Assembly (NCBI GenBank): GCA_964016885.1
Contig: OZ024742.1
Location: forward strand, 368,156,001 to 368,220,000
DNA length: 64,000 bases
From: Eledone cirrhosa
Lineage: Eukaryota
Direction: 5' to 3'
The notes under the pieces were generated by a model. It was given only the letters and a program-made list of their open reading frames with translations. It was not told the origin of the DNA and did no database searches. The position numbers and the translations under genes were made by a program. Positions 45,001 through 56,432 of this stretch are shown in pieces; the stretch's first letter is position 1, and the number at the start of each line of letters is the position of its first letter.

Positions 45001-48000
45001 TGTCAGTGAGAGGGTGGTTTACTATGTTGTGTCAGTGAGAGAGTGGTTTACTATGTTGTATCAGTGAGTGGTTTACTATGTTGTGTCAGTGAGTGGTTTA
45101 CTATGTTGTGTCAGTGAGAGGGTGGTTTACTATGTTGTGTCAGTGAGAGAGTGGTTTACTATGTTGTGTCAGTGAGAGAGTGGTTTACTATGTTGTGTCA
45201 GTGAGAGAGTGGTTTACTATGTTGTGTCAGTGAGTGGTTTACCATGTTGTGTCAGTGAGTGGTTTACTATCTTGTGTCAGTGAGAGAGTGGTTTACTATG
45301 TTGTGTCAGTGAGTGGTTTACTATGTTGTGTCAGTGAGTGGTTTACTATGTTGTGTCAGTGAGTGGTTTACTATGTTGTGTCAGTGAGAGAGTGGTTTAC
45401 TATGTTGTGTCAGTGAGAGAGTGGTTTACTATGTTGTGTCAGTGAGAGAGTGGTTTACTATGTTGTGTCAGTGAGAGGGTGGTTTACTATGTTGTGTCAG
45501 TGAGAGAGTGGTTTACTATGTTGTGTCAGTGAGAGAGTGGTTTACTATGTTGTGTCAGTGAGTGGTTTACTATGTTGTGTCAGTGAGTGGTTTACTATGT
45601 TATGTCAGTGAGTGGTTTACTATGTTGTGTCAGTGAGAGAGTGGTTTACTATGTTGTGTCAGTGAGAGAGTGGTTTACTATGTTGTGTCAGTGAGAGAGT
45701 GGTTTACTATGTTGTGTCAGTGAGAGAGTGGTTTACTATGTTGTGTCAGTGAGAGAGTGGTTTACTATGTTGTGTCAGGGAGTGGTTTACTATGTTGTGT
45801 CAGTGAGTGGTTTGCTATGTTGTGTCAGTGAGAGAGTGGTTTACTATGTTGTGTCAGTGAGAGAGTGGTTTACTATGTTGTGTCAGTGAGAGAGTGGTTT
45901 ACTATGTTGTGTCAGTGAGTGGTTTACTATGTTGTGTCAGTGAGTGGTTTACTATGTTGTGTCAGTGAGAGGGTGGTTTACTATGTTGTGTCAGTGAGAG
46001 AGTGGTTTACTATGTTGTGTCAGTGAGAGAGTGGTTTACTATGTTGTGTCAGTGAGTGGTTTACTATGTTGTGTCAGTGAGAGAGTGGTTTACTATGTTG
46101 TGTCAGTGAGAGAGTGGTTTACTATGTTGTGTCAGTGAGTGGTTTACTATGTTGTGTCAGTGAGTGGTTTACTATGTTGTGTCAGTGAGTGGTTTACTAT
46201 GTTGTGTCAGTGAGAGAGTGGTTTACTATGTTGTGTCAGTGAGAGAGTGGTTTACTATGTTGTGTCAATGAGAGAGTGGTTTACTATGTTGTGTCAGTGA
46301 GAGAGTGGTTTACAATGTTGTGTCAGTGAGTGGTTTACCATGTTGTGTCAGTGAGAGAGTGGTTTACTATGTTGTGTCAGTGAGTGGTTTACTATGTTGT
46401 GTCAGTGAGAGAGTGGTTTACTATGTTGTGTCAGTGAGAGAGTGGTTTACTATGTTGTGTCAGTGAGAGAGTGGTTTACTATGTTGTGTCAGTGAGTGGT
46501 TTACCATGTTGTGTCAGTGAGTGGTTTACTATGTTGTGTCAGTGAGAGGGTGGTTTACTATGTTGTGTCAGTGAGAGAGTGGTTTACTATGTTGTGTCAG
46601 TGAGTGGTTTACTATGTTGTGTCAGTGAGTGGTTTACTATGTTGTGTCAGTGAGAGAGTGGTTTACTATGTTGTGTCAGTGAGTGGTTTACTATGTTGTG
46701 TCAGTGAGAGAGTGGTTTACTATGTTGTGTCAGTGAGAGAGTGGTTTACTATGTTGTGTCAGTGAGTGGTTTACTATGTTGTGTCAGTGAGAGAGTGGTT
46801 TACTATGTTGTGTCAGTGAGAGAGTGGTTTACTATGTTGTGTCAGTGAGAGAGTGGTTTACAATGTTGTGTCAGTGAGTGGTTTACTATGTTGTGTCAGT
46901 GAGTGGTTTACTATGTTGTGTCAGTGAGAGAGTGGTTTACTATGTTGTGTCAGTGAGAGGGTGGTTTACTATGTTGTGTCAGTGAGAGAGTGGTTTACTA
47001 TGTTGTGTCAGTGAGTGGTTTACTATGTTGTGTCAGTGAGTGGTTTACTATGTTGTGTCAGTGAGAAAGTGGTTTACTATGTTGTGTCAGTGAGAGAGTG
47101 GTTTACTATGTTGTGTCAGTGAGTGGTTTACTATGTTGTGTCAGTGAGAGAGTGGTTTACTATGCTGTGTCAGTGAGAGAGTGGTTTACTATGTTGTGTC
47201 AGTGAGTGGTTTACTATGTTGTGTCAGTGAGAGAGTGGTTTACTATGTTGTGTCAGTGAGAGAGTGGTTTACTATGTTGTGTCAGTGAGTGGTTTACTAT
47301 GTTGTGTCAGTGAGTGGTTTACTATGTTGTGTCAGTGAGAGAGTGGTTTACTATGTTGTGTCAGTGAGAGAGTGGTTTACTATGTTGTGTCAGTGAGTGG
47401 TTTACTATGTTGTGTCAGTGAGTGGTTTACTATGTTGTGTCAGTGAGAGAGTGGTTTACTATGTTGTGTCAGTGAGTGGTTTACTATGTTGTGTCAGTGA
47501 GAGAGTGGTTTACTATGTTGTGTCAGTGAGAGAGTGGTTTACTATGTTGTGTCAGTGAGTGGTTTACTATGTTGTGTCAGTGAGTGGTTTACTATGTTGT
47601 GTCAGTGAGAGGGTGGTTTACTATGTTGTGTCAGTGAGAGAGTGGTTTACTATGTTGTGTCAGTGAGAGAGTGGTTTACTATGTTGTGTCAGTGAGAGAG
47701 TGTTTTACTATGTTGTGTCAGTGAGTGGTTTACCATGTTGTGTCAGTGAGTGGTTTACTATCTTGTGTCAGTGAGAGAGTGGTTTACTATGTTGTGTCAG
47801 TGAGTGGTTTACTATGTTGTGTCAGTGAGTGGTTTACTATGTTGTGTCAGTGAGTGGTTTACTATGTTGTGTCAGTGAGAGAGTGGTTTACTATGTTGTG
47901 TCAGTGAGAGAGTGGTTTACTATGTTGTGTCAGTGAGAGAGTGGTTTACTATGTTGTGTCAGTGAGAGGGTGGTTTACTATGTTGTGTCAGTGAGAGAGT

Positions 48001-50691
48001 GGTTTACTATGTTGTGTCAGTGAGAGAGTGGTTTACTATGTTGTGTCAGTGAGTGGTTTACTATGTTGTGTCAGTGAGTGGTTTACTATGTTATGTCAGT
48101 GAGTGGTTTACTATGTTGTGTCAGTGAGAGAGTGGTTTACTATGTTGTGTCAGTGAGAGAGTGGTTTACTATGTTGTGTCAGTGAGAGAGTGGTTTACTA
48201 TGTTGTGTCAGTGAGAGAGTGGTTTACTATGTTGTGTCAGTGAGAGAGTGGTTTACTATGTTGTGTCAGGGAGTGTTTTACTATGTTGTGTCAGTGAGTG
48301 GTTTGCTATGTTGTGTCAGTGAGAGAGTGGTTTACTATGTTGTGTCAGTGAGAGAGTGGTTTACTATGTTGTGTCAGTGAGAGAGTGGTTTACTATGTTG
48401 TGTCAGTGAGAGAGTGGTTTACTATGTTGTGTCAGTGAGAGAGTGGTTTACTATGTTGTGTCAGTGAGTGGTTTACTATGTTGTGTCAGTGAGAGAGTGG
48501 TTTACTATGTTGTGTCAGTGAGAGAGTGGTTTACTATGTTGTGTCAGTGAGTGGTTTACTATGTTGTGTCAGTGAGAGAGTGGTTTACTATGTTGTGTCA
48601 GTGAGAGAGTGGTTTACTATGTTGTGTCAGTGAGTGGTTTACTATGTTGTGTCAGTGAGAGAGTGGTTTACTATGTCGTGTCAGTGAGAGAGTGGTTTAC
48701 TATGTTGTGTCAGTGAGAGAGTGGTTTACTATGTTGTCAGTGAGTGGTTTACTATGTTGTGTCAGTGAGTGGATTACTATGTTGTGTCAGTGAGAGAGTG
48801 GTTTACTATGTTGTGTCAGTGAGAGAGTGGTTTACTATGTTTTGTCAGTGAGAGAGTGGTTTACTATGTTGTGTCAGTGAGAGAGTGGTTTACTATGTTG
48901 TGTCAGTGAGAGAGTGGTTTACTATGTTGTGTCTGTGAGAGAGTGGTTTACTATGTTGTGTCAGTGAGAGAGTGGTTTACTATGTTGTGTCAGTGAGAGA
49001 GTGGTTTACTATGTTGTGTCAGTGAGAGAGTGGTTTACTATGTTGTGTCAGTGAGAGGGTGGTTTACTATGTTGTGTCTGTGAGAGAGTGGTTTACTATG
49101 TTGTGTCAGTGAGAGAGTGGTTTACTATGTTGTGTCAGTGAGAGAGTGGTTTACTATGTTGTTTCAGTGAGAGAGTGGTTTACTATGTTGTGTCTGTGAG
49201 AGAGTGGTTTACTATGTTGTGTCAGTGAGAGAGTGGTTTACTATGTTGTGTCAGTGAGAGAGTGGTTTACTACGTTGTGTCAGTGAGTGGTTTACTATGT
49301 TGTGTCAGTGAGAGAGTGGTTTACTATGTTGTGTCAGTGAGAGAGTGGTTTACTATGTTGTGTCAGTGAGAGAGTGGTTTACTATGTTGTGTCAGTGAGA
49401 GAGTGGTTTACTATGTTGTGTCAGGGAGTGGTTTACTATGTTGTGTCAGTGAGTGGTTTGCTATGTTGTGTCAGTGAGAGAGTGGTTTACTATGTTGTGT
49501 CAGTGAGAGAGTGGTTTACTATGTTGTGTCAGTGAGAGAGTGGTTTACTATGTTGTGTCAGTGAGTGGTTTACTATGTTGTGTCAGTGAGAGGATGGTTT
49601 ACTATGTTGTGTCAGTGAGAGAGTGGTTTACTATGTTGTGTCAGTGAGTGGTTTACTATGTTGTGTCAGTGAGAGAGTGGTTTACTATGTTGTGTCAGTG
49701 AGAGAGTGGTTTACTATGTTGTGTCAGTGAGTGGTTTACTATGCTGTGTCAGTGAGAGAGTGGTTTACTATGTTGTGTCAGTGAGAGAGTGGTTTACTAT
49801 GTTGCGTCAGTGAGAGAGTGGTTTACTATGTTGTGTCAGTGAGTGGTTTACTATGCTGTGTCAGTGAGAGAGTGGTTTACTATGTTGTGTCAGTGAGAGA
49901 GTGGTTTACTATGTTGTGTCAGTGAGAGAGTGGTTTACTATGTTGTGTCAGTGAGTGGTTTACTATGTTGTGTCAGTGAGAGAGTGGTTTACTATGTTGT
50001 GTCAGTGAGTGGTTTACTATGCTGTGTCAGTGAGAGAGTGGTTTACTATGTTGTGTCAGTGAGAGAGTGGTTTACTATGTTGTGTCAGTGAGAGAGTGGT
50101 TTTCTATGTTGTGTCAGTGAGTGGTTTACTATGTTGTGTCAGTGAGAGAGTGGTTTACTATGTTGTGTCAGTGAGTGGTTTACTATGCTGTGTCAGTGAG
50201 AGAGTGGTTTACTATGTTGTGTCAGTGAGAGAGTGGTTTACTATGTTGTGTCAGTGAGAGAGTGGTTTACTATGTTGTGTCAGTGAGTGGTTTACTATGT
50301 TGTGTCAGTGAGAGAGTGGTTTACTATGTTGTGTCAGTGAGTGGTTTACTATGTTGTGTCTGTGAGAGTGTGGTTTACTATGTTGTGTCAGTGAGAGAGT
50401 GGTTTACTATGTTGTGTCAGTGAGAGAGTGGTTTACTATGTTGTGTCAGTGAGAGAGTGGTTTACTATGTTGTGTCTGTGAGAGAGTGGTTTACTATGTT
50501 GTGTCAGTGAGAGAGTGGTTTACTATGTTGTGTCAGTGAGAGAGTGGTTTACTATGTTGTGTCAGTGAGAGAGTGGTTTACTATGTTGTGTCAGTGAGTG
50601 GTTTACTATGTTGTGTCAGTTAGAGAGTGGTTTACTATGTTGTGTCAGTGAGTGGTTTACTATGTTGTGTCAGTGAGAGAGTGGTTTACTA
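1..50691. repeat. Tandem satellite of interspersed 25-bp and 29-bp monomers, TGTCAGTGAG(AGAG)TGGTTTACTATGTTG; roughly 1,900 copies; begins before the window
   Basis: Read directly: uninterrupted head-to-tail monomers with only sporadic substitutions. It ends abruptly at ...GTGGTTTACTA (50691). Copy number is estimated as 50.7 kb / ~27 bp. Confidence 0.99.
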
Positions 50692-51464
50692 GCAAACCTC
50701 GTTTTGTCAGCAAACAGCTTTATTGTCACGTTGGGTAGTCTGTCGTATGTAGAATGTTTTTTTATACACACACACAAACATACACATGCGCACACACAAA
50801 CGCACACATACACACACAATAACACATATACACACACACAAAAACACACATACACACACATACACGCACACAAAAACAATGTAAAACCGGGTTTTTGTAC
50901 ATTGTGTTTTCCCCTTCAAATACTTGCTTATATTTCTTTATATATTCTCGATATATTTTTTTAATATATATATTTTCTATCTTTATTCTTATTTTCAATT
51001 TTATCCTCCTTTATATTTTAACTTATTCTTACTTTTATACCTTATTATAGTGTAATCTTCCCCATGCCTTATTATACATTATTAATTATAGATTATTATT
51101 ATTACACTTTTTCCATTTCTAATTACCTCATGTACTTTCTCCTCCGTTATATATATATACTAGCAGTAAAGCCCGGCGTTGCTCGGGGTCGCTCAGTAGC
51201 TGTGTTAAAGTTACAATGTTAAGTTTCTTTCTTGGCTTAAAAACTGTAGTGTCTACTGTGCAGACTTGCATGTGGTGTTTTTGATTAATATTCCCTCAAC
51301 CAACAATATGCCTTATGAAGTTAAGAAAACATAACGATAACCCGAATGTTATAACAAAAGAGGATGCTGGGGATAGAAACTGCACTGGTTATTTATTAAC
51401 AAAGATCGAAAATGTAAACACTGCAACGCAGAGAAAAACATTAGCGTAACCAAATTATCAGTTA

Positions 51465-51720
51465 TGTCTGTCTGCACGCCTATATCACCTCTCTGCACGA
51501 CTGTCTGTCTGCACGCCTATATCACCTCTCTGCACGACTGTCTGTCTGCACGCCTATATCACCTCTCTGCACGACTGTCTGTCTGCACGCCTATATCACC
51601 TCTCTGCACGACTGTCTGTCTGCACGCCTATATCACCTCTCTGCACGACTATCTGTCTGAACGCGTATATCACCTCTCTGCACGACTGTCTGTCTGCACG
51701 ACTGTCTGTCTGCACGCCTA
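51465..51720. repeat. 37-bp minisatellite TGTCTGTCTGCACGCCTATATCACCTCTCTGCACGAC, 6 units plus partials
   Basis: Read directly. Confidence 0.95.
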
Positions 51721-52012
51721 ACGACGAAATATTTGCTTGTTTTACGTAGTCTTTAAATAGACTTGTTTTCAAGTAAAAATATTGTTTTAAAATGCTTTTA
51801 AATGGAAATGAAGCAAAACGGAAGATTAGTGTTCGAACTGATGAATTTTGCAGGTATGCCTTATGAAGTTAATAAAACATAACGATAACCCGAATGTTAT
51901 AACAAAAGAGGATGCTGGGGATAGAAACTGCACTGGTTATTTATTAACAAAGATCGAAAATGTAAACACTGCAACGCAGAGAAAAACATTAGCGTAACCA
52001 AATTATCAGTTA

Positions 52013-52231
52013 TGTCTGTCTGCACGCCTATATCACCTCTCTGCACGACTGTCTGTCTGCACGCCTATATCACCTCTCTGCACGACTGTCTGTCTGCACG
52101 CCTATATCACCTCTCTGCACGACTGTCTGTCTGCACGCCTATATCACCTCTCTGCACGACTGTCTGTCTGCACGCGTATATCACCTCTCTGCACGACTGT
52201 CTGTCTGCACGACTGTCTGTCTGCACGCCTA
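52013..52231. repeat. 37-bp minisatellite, 5 units plus partials (second copy)
   Basis: Read directly. Confidence 0.95.
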
Positions 52232-52913
52232 ACGACGAAATATTTGCTTGTTTTACGTAGTCTTTAAATAGACTTGTTTTCAAGTAAAAATATTGTTTTA
52301 AAATGCTTTTAAATGGAAATGAAGCAAAACGGAAGCTTAGTGTTCGAACTGATGAATTTTGCAGGTCAATATTTTGCTGGCTCGACAACTGTTAAAGCCA
52401 GCGTAATTTTTTACGTAAGACGCTCAATGTAAACAGAACAAAGGGAAATAACTGATAACTTACGCTCAAAAATCGATACATTATATTCGATTTCGTCACA
52501 TAGGGTGGGTCAATTTGAAATTTTTTTTTCGATGTCTTCGCTAGGGCTCAATGTACAAGTATAGCAATTTCGGTGCAATTCCGTGAGAGATTCTAAGAGG
52601 AGATGTGTGCCAAAAATCGATAGACAGACAGACAACCACAGTTTTATATATATAGATTGTATGCCCATTGTGTGTGTATAGCCTCTGCACACCCTCTGCA
52701 CCCTACTATCGACGCCACCCCATCTATGGTTCAGCTAACCACTCGACTCCCGGGAATGAATATGACCGCAGCTAGTAAACAAGGACCCACACCCCACCCT
52801 CCCGTACCAAAATTAGACTTATCGTCCCCTACTTTTGCTCTTTACTCTCTTTACTCTTTGTTCTTGAATGTTTGGTTGGTAGAGTTCATAACACCAATCA
52901 AACCCCTTTTATA

Positions 52914-52958
52914 GCTCTGACGAATCCTACGGTTACGTAAGGAAGAAACATTGTAAGC
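52914..52958 (+). ncRNA. Minimal type I hammerhead ribozyme (PLE-type)
   Basis: gct-CTGACGA-a-tcctacg(gtta)cgtaagga-a-GAAA-cattg-TA-agc. Core is intact, stem I is GCU/AGC, stem II is ~7 bp and stem III is minimal; AATAAA follows. Confidence 0.75.
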
Positions 52959-53000
52959 CAATAAAAATATTTTGATGTTGTAGACGCTCTTGTGTTCTTT

Positions 53001-53003
<3 letters not shown>

Positions 53004-53034
<31 letters not shown>
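53004..53034. repeat. (TA)n microsatellite shared by two converging PLE tails
   Basis: Read directly. Confidence 0.95.
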
Positions 53035-53036
<2 letters not shown>

Positions 53037-53058
53037 GTATAATAAACAATACAATATA

Positions 53059-53136
53059 ATTACCTCATTACCAGAGGTTTCCCGAATAAGACGAATACGA
53101 AAGAAACGTCCTCATTCGTTCGTCGGACAAGGCAAT
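53059..53136 (-). ncRNA. Type I hammerhead ribozyme, CCGACGA core variant
   Basis: Minus strand: attgccttgt-CCGACGA-a-cgaatgaggacg(13 nt)cgtcttattcg-g-GAAA-cc(tct)gg-TA-atgaggtaat. Stem I is 10 bp (3 G-U), stem II ~11 bp and stem III short. Confidence 0.75.
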
Positions 53137-54110
53137 ATAAAACATAGTGAAACATTTTTGGAAAGTCTCCTCAAGAAATGCAAAAAAAATATATATATAT
53201 AAATAAAGGTAATGCAATAGACATAAAATATATAAAAATATATAAGGAAATATAGTTAGGTGTGTGTATATGTATGTATATACACTCACAAATGTACATA
53301 TGTATGTATGTACAAATGCGTGTGTATGGTGAAAATGTGTGCGTAAGTACACATATGAGGGCAAGTATATTTGTGTATATGTAACCACAAATACGGATAT
53401 AATCTAGTTGACACGAATCCAGACGCAGGTATTAGATACTTATATGCGGAAGATAAAGGGGGAAAGGGAGTGTAATAGTTAAAAGAAAGTGTCATTCTCG
53501 ATATATGTATAAAAATTAAACAATATGTGAGAAAGAAAAAATATTTAAATGAAAGAGAAAGTAGTCAATTAACACTAGAGAAAAGAAAAGAAAAGAAAAG
53601 AAGATACACGCGTACATACACATATATCTATAAAAAAACATATATCTATAAGAAAATATATATATACACGCAATACGTACAGACAAAACATATTAACGGA
53701 CATACACACAAACATATTCACGGACATTGACCCGCTTACACGCACACACATAAAAATAAGAATTTAAAAAACATAGATATAAAAACACAGATATAAAAAC
53801 ACACATACATACACATATATATACACGCACGCACACGCGCATACGGAGGCGTTCGTGTACATATACAGAACGTATACACACATAAAGACGCTCAAAAGCA
53901 ACCTTATGAATAAATGAGTACAAATATAAAAATATAAAAATGGCTGCGAAATAACAGAAAATATCTGGAGTGGAAAACGCAAGTGACTTTGGTAATCAGG
54001 TAGTAAAGAAATTAGGGAAGTAAAAAGTGGAAAGTGAAGATATTAGGTAAGTGAATCGAAGGATAAAAGAGGAGGGGGGTTACTGGTGGATGTGAAGTAA
54101 AAATAATAAT

Positions 54111-54386
54111 AAAAATAAAAATAAAAATAAAAATAAAAATAAAAATAAAAATAAAAATAAAAATAAAAATAAAAATAAAAATAAAAATAAAAATAAAAAT
54201 AAAAATAAAAATAAAAATAAAAATAAAAATAAAAATAGAAATAGAAATAGAAATAAAAATAAAAATAAAAATAGAAATAAAAATAAAAATAAAAATAAAA
54301 ATTAAAATTAAAATAAAAATAAAAGTAAAAATAAAAATAAAAATAAAAATAAAAATAAAAATAAAAATAAAAATAAAATTAAAATT
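54111..54386. repeat. (AAAAAT)n microsatellite within the PLE tail
   Basis: Read directly, ~45 units. Confidence 0.95.
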
Positions 54387-54462
54387 AATAATAAGGTTAA
54401 AAATGAAAGTAAATCAGAAAGAGTAGTCTTTAAAGAGAATAATTTAAGTGAAGAATAAGAGC

Positions 54463-54777
54463 TTATGGAGGATAAGTATCTGAAAGTGTGTTAAGTTTAT
54501 ATGAGCTGGAAAGCAAGTGTGATTTCATGTGTGGGCAACTGGTAAAAAGTTCTGCCTTTGTATTTAGGCAGGTTTTTGGTGATTTAAGGTTTTGTAAAAT
54601 CCAATATTTTTCATTTATGCAGAGTGTGCATTTTCTTGTTCCTCTTGCATATTCTTTACATTGGTTCAAAATTGACCAATCCAATTTATATTGGATACCT
54701 TGGTCTTTCAAATCCCATATTCTGCTAGCCAGAGCTGTTGTGAATCTTTTTTTCTGGATGTCGAAAGGATGCGACAT
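54463..54777 (-). pseudogene. C-terminal fragment of a PLE GIY-YIG endonuclease (CxxCxxEK...LN..E...CxH type)
   Basis: H.F...KKRFTTALASRIWDLKDQGIQYKLDWSIL...KCTLCINEKYWIL...LNTKAELFTSCPH matches the C-terminal pattern of a PLE endonuclease group, possibly the Hydra clade (from memory). The GIY/YIG motifs are lost by truncation. Confidence 0.7.
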
Positions 54778-55021
54778 GTGAGTAATAATATATATATATC
54801 ACGATAAATTAACGGAGCCATAGACCCTCGCCATTCCCAGTAATATATCTTCTTCCAACATTAGACTTACCTATATTTGTATATTTACTTAGAGATTTGT
54901 TGAACATTAAATAAATTATTGATATAAATTTTCTACAAAAACGGAGATTTCACAGAAGCAGACATGACATCTCTGCTGATTTCCCGTGACTTAGCTCTGC
55001 AACTAAAATAGACAGATCAAA

Positions 55022-55275
55022 TTCTTCTTCTTAGGATCTCTTCGGTCACGAATGATCATGGTATCGCATCTAGAAAATTACCCTTCGATGTACAAGCCTT
55101 GGTAAGGTGCATTCGTCGAAGACCTGTCTCTCCTCTCCACGCCACCGATGTTGTCCAAGAGAAATGCAATGACTGATACATCTTGGTCCCAGTGAATTCG
55201 CATCTCATTTCTACAGCTAAGTGAAATAAAGTGTCTTGCTCAAGAACACAACGCACTACCCGATCCGGGATTCGA
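55022..55275 (-). mobile_element. tRNA-derived SINE with (GAA)n tail
   Basis: Minus strand has the B-box GTTCGAATCCC, then GTGTTCTTGAGCAAGACACTT (a conserved SINE motif), and a 3' end in AAGAAGAAGAA. The A-box region is degraded. Confidence 0.7.
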
Positions 55276-55431
55276 ACTCACAACCTTACGATTGTATGCG
55301 TGTTTGTTGTACATGTGTGCGTTTCAACGGATCGGTCACATATTGTGTCATGCTGAATCTCGTGAGAATTACCTTAAGGCTACACGTGTCTGTGGAATGC
55401 TCTATCACATTAATACCATGCTTTATATATT

Positions 55432-55520
55432 AGTACTGGGCTCGATATGATAGACTAAATCTACGTTAGGCCGTACCCCAGCATGGCCGCAGTATAATGA
55501 CTAAAACCAGTTAAAGAATA
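55432..55520 (+). mobile_element. 3' fragment of a cephalopod-type SINE
   Basis: AGTACTGGG...CCCCAGCATGGCCGCAGT...ATGACTAAAACCAGTTAAAGAATA resembles the 3' end of abundant octopus SINEs. Recognition only, not searched. Confidence 0.45.
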
Positions 55521-55770
55521 TAGGAAACCTAATTCGCGTCCCCTCACAACCCTTGTGTATTTTATGGGTAACTTTATAGATCTCCGGTTGGAATTTCAAG
55601 GGCATTGTGCGTTTTTGCCAACTTGTGGGTTTATCTATAAAGAAAAGGAGAGGAGCTGATTATGAGATCGGATCAAGGAAATAATGTTTTTATTGGTCTT
55701 AACATTGCAAATATTATCTGTCGGTCACCTCACAGGAGTAAAGTGTAATGAAGAGACCTGCTTAAGAATA

Positions 55771-55983
55771 CGAGGGTTGGCTGAAACCTTCATACGCTGA
55801 AAGGTTCAGAGGGTGACAAAGATGCTCTTATAGAATGACTGAATAGGGTTTATTGTCAACATAGTGCCTGGAAAGAAACGATGCATTTAATAATAATCAG
55901 AGTTGAAATTAATGGATATAAGATTTCACAGCTCTAGAATCAATCCTCCATAATCAGCCTATGAACATTTTAGTCAACTCTTG
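55771..55983. mobile_element. Tc1/mariner-type MITE (213 bp)
   Basis: TA|CGAGGGTTGGCTGAAACCTTCATACGCTGA ... TCAGCCTATGAACATTTTAGTCAACTCTTG|TA: 30-bp imperfect TIRs (23/30 match) with a TA target duplication. Confidence 0.75.
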
Positions 55984-56094
55984 TATATATATAGAGTTGA
56001 TCGACTTTCGTCAAATCGGACCGAGGAAACACTGTTTCCGTTGGTCTTTCCAATTGCTAATACTATCTATCGTTCGCAACTCCAGGTAGAAGGA

Positions 56095-56157
56095 GCAACG
56101 TGAAATAATGTGTCTTGCTCAAGGACATCGCCTATTCCGGGAATCGAATTCACAACG
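56095..56157 (-). mobile_element. Degenerate SINE head fragment related to 55022-55275
   Basis: GTGAAATAATGTGTCTTGCTCAAGGACA...CCGGGAATCGAATTCACAAC parallels 55221-55283. Confidence 0.6.
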
Positions 56158-56335
56158 AATTACGAATCAAAGTATGAGTTCAGATGTATATATTTACCAC
56201 CAGACATTCCTCTGAAGGAATAATTATACCATTAATATGTAGTTTTACTGTCGTACGGATTGGACTACCCCTGCAGCAACATCCTTAAAGACAGAAATGT
56301 TTCTTGTCTGAAGAGTCTTAAGTACATGAAAATTG

Positions 56336-56337
<2 letters not shown>

Positions 56338-56430
<93 letters not shown>
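56338..56430. repeat. (TA)n microsatellite
   Basis: Read directly, ~46 units. Confidence 0.97.

Positions 56431-56432
<2 letters not shown>

Larger units (their letters stand above)
51307..52365. repeat. Tandem duplication inside the Helitron: copy 1 51307-51854 (548 bp), copy 2 51855-52365 (511 bp)
   Basis: Both copies start TATGCCTTATGAAGTTAA and end GATGAATTTTGCAGG. They are near-identical, and the length difference equals one 37-bp unit. Confidence 0.95.
51160..52656 (-). mobile_element. Non-autonomous Helitron (~1.5 kb)
   Basis: The minus strand starts A|TCTATATATATAAAAC...(TGTC)n and ends CCCGAGCAACGCCGGG (GC hairpin, 51172-51187)-CTTTACTG-CTAG|T. This gives 5'-TC, a subterminal hairpin, CTAG-3' and insertion between A and T with no TSD, which are the canonical Helitron termini. 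Confidence 0.88.
50765..53003 (+). mobile_element. Probable 5'-truncated PLE 3' tail, interrupted by a Helitron
   Basis: CA-rich then pyrimidine-rich sequence resumes after the Helitron. It ends in an HHR motif (52914-52958), AATAAA (52960-52965) and a (TA)n tract at 53004. No coding remnant is visible and the 5' boundary is uncertain. Confidence 0.5.
53035..54785 (-). mobile_element. 5'-truncated PLE: C-terminal endonuclease remnant, ~1.4 kb 3' tail and HHR
   Basis: ORF remnant at 54463-54777, low-complexity tail and HHR at 53059-53136. Flanked by (TA)n at 53004-53034 and 54788-54799. Confidence 0.75.

Noticed and set aside
1-50691. CRISPR array
   Set aside because: Repeat length is CRISPR-like, but there are no unique spacers or cas genes, and the context is eukaryotic.
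1-50691. Telomeric repeat
   Set aside because: One strand is G/T-rich, but there is no TTAGGG-type unit, and the G-rich strand runs into internal sequence rather than a chromosome end.
1-50691. Transcription-factor site array (TGACA TALE-homeodomain-like; GTAAAC forkhead-like)
   Set aside because: Only short partial motif matches, with no evidence of function from sequence alone.
55255-55290. tRNA gene suggested by GTTCGAATCCC on the minus strand
   Set aside because: No cloverleaf can be folded; it is the B-box of a SINE head.
56306-56338. CTGAAGA...GAAA..TTGTA hammerhead-like string
   Set aside because: Stem II is weak and stems I and III are not convincing; at most a decayed motif.
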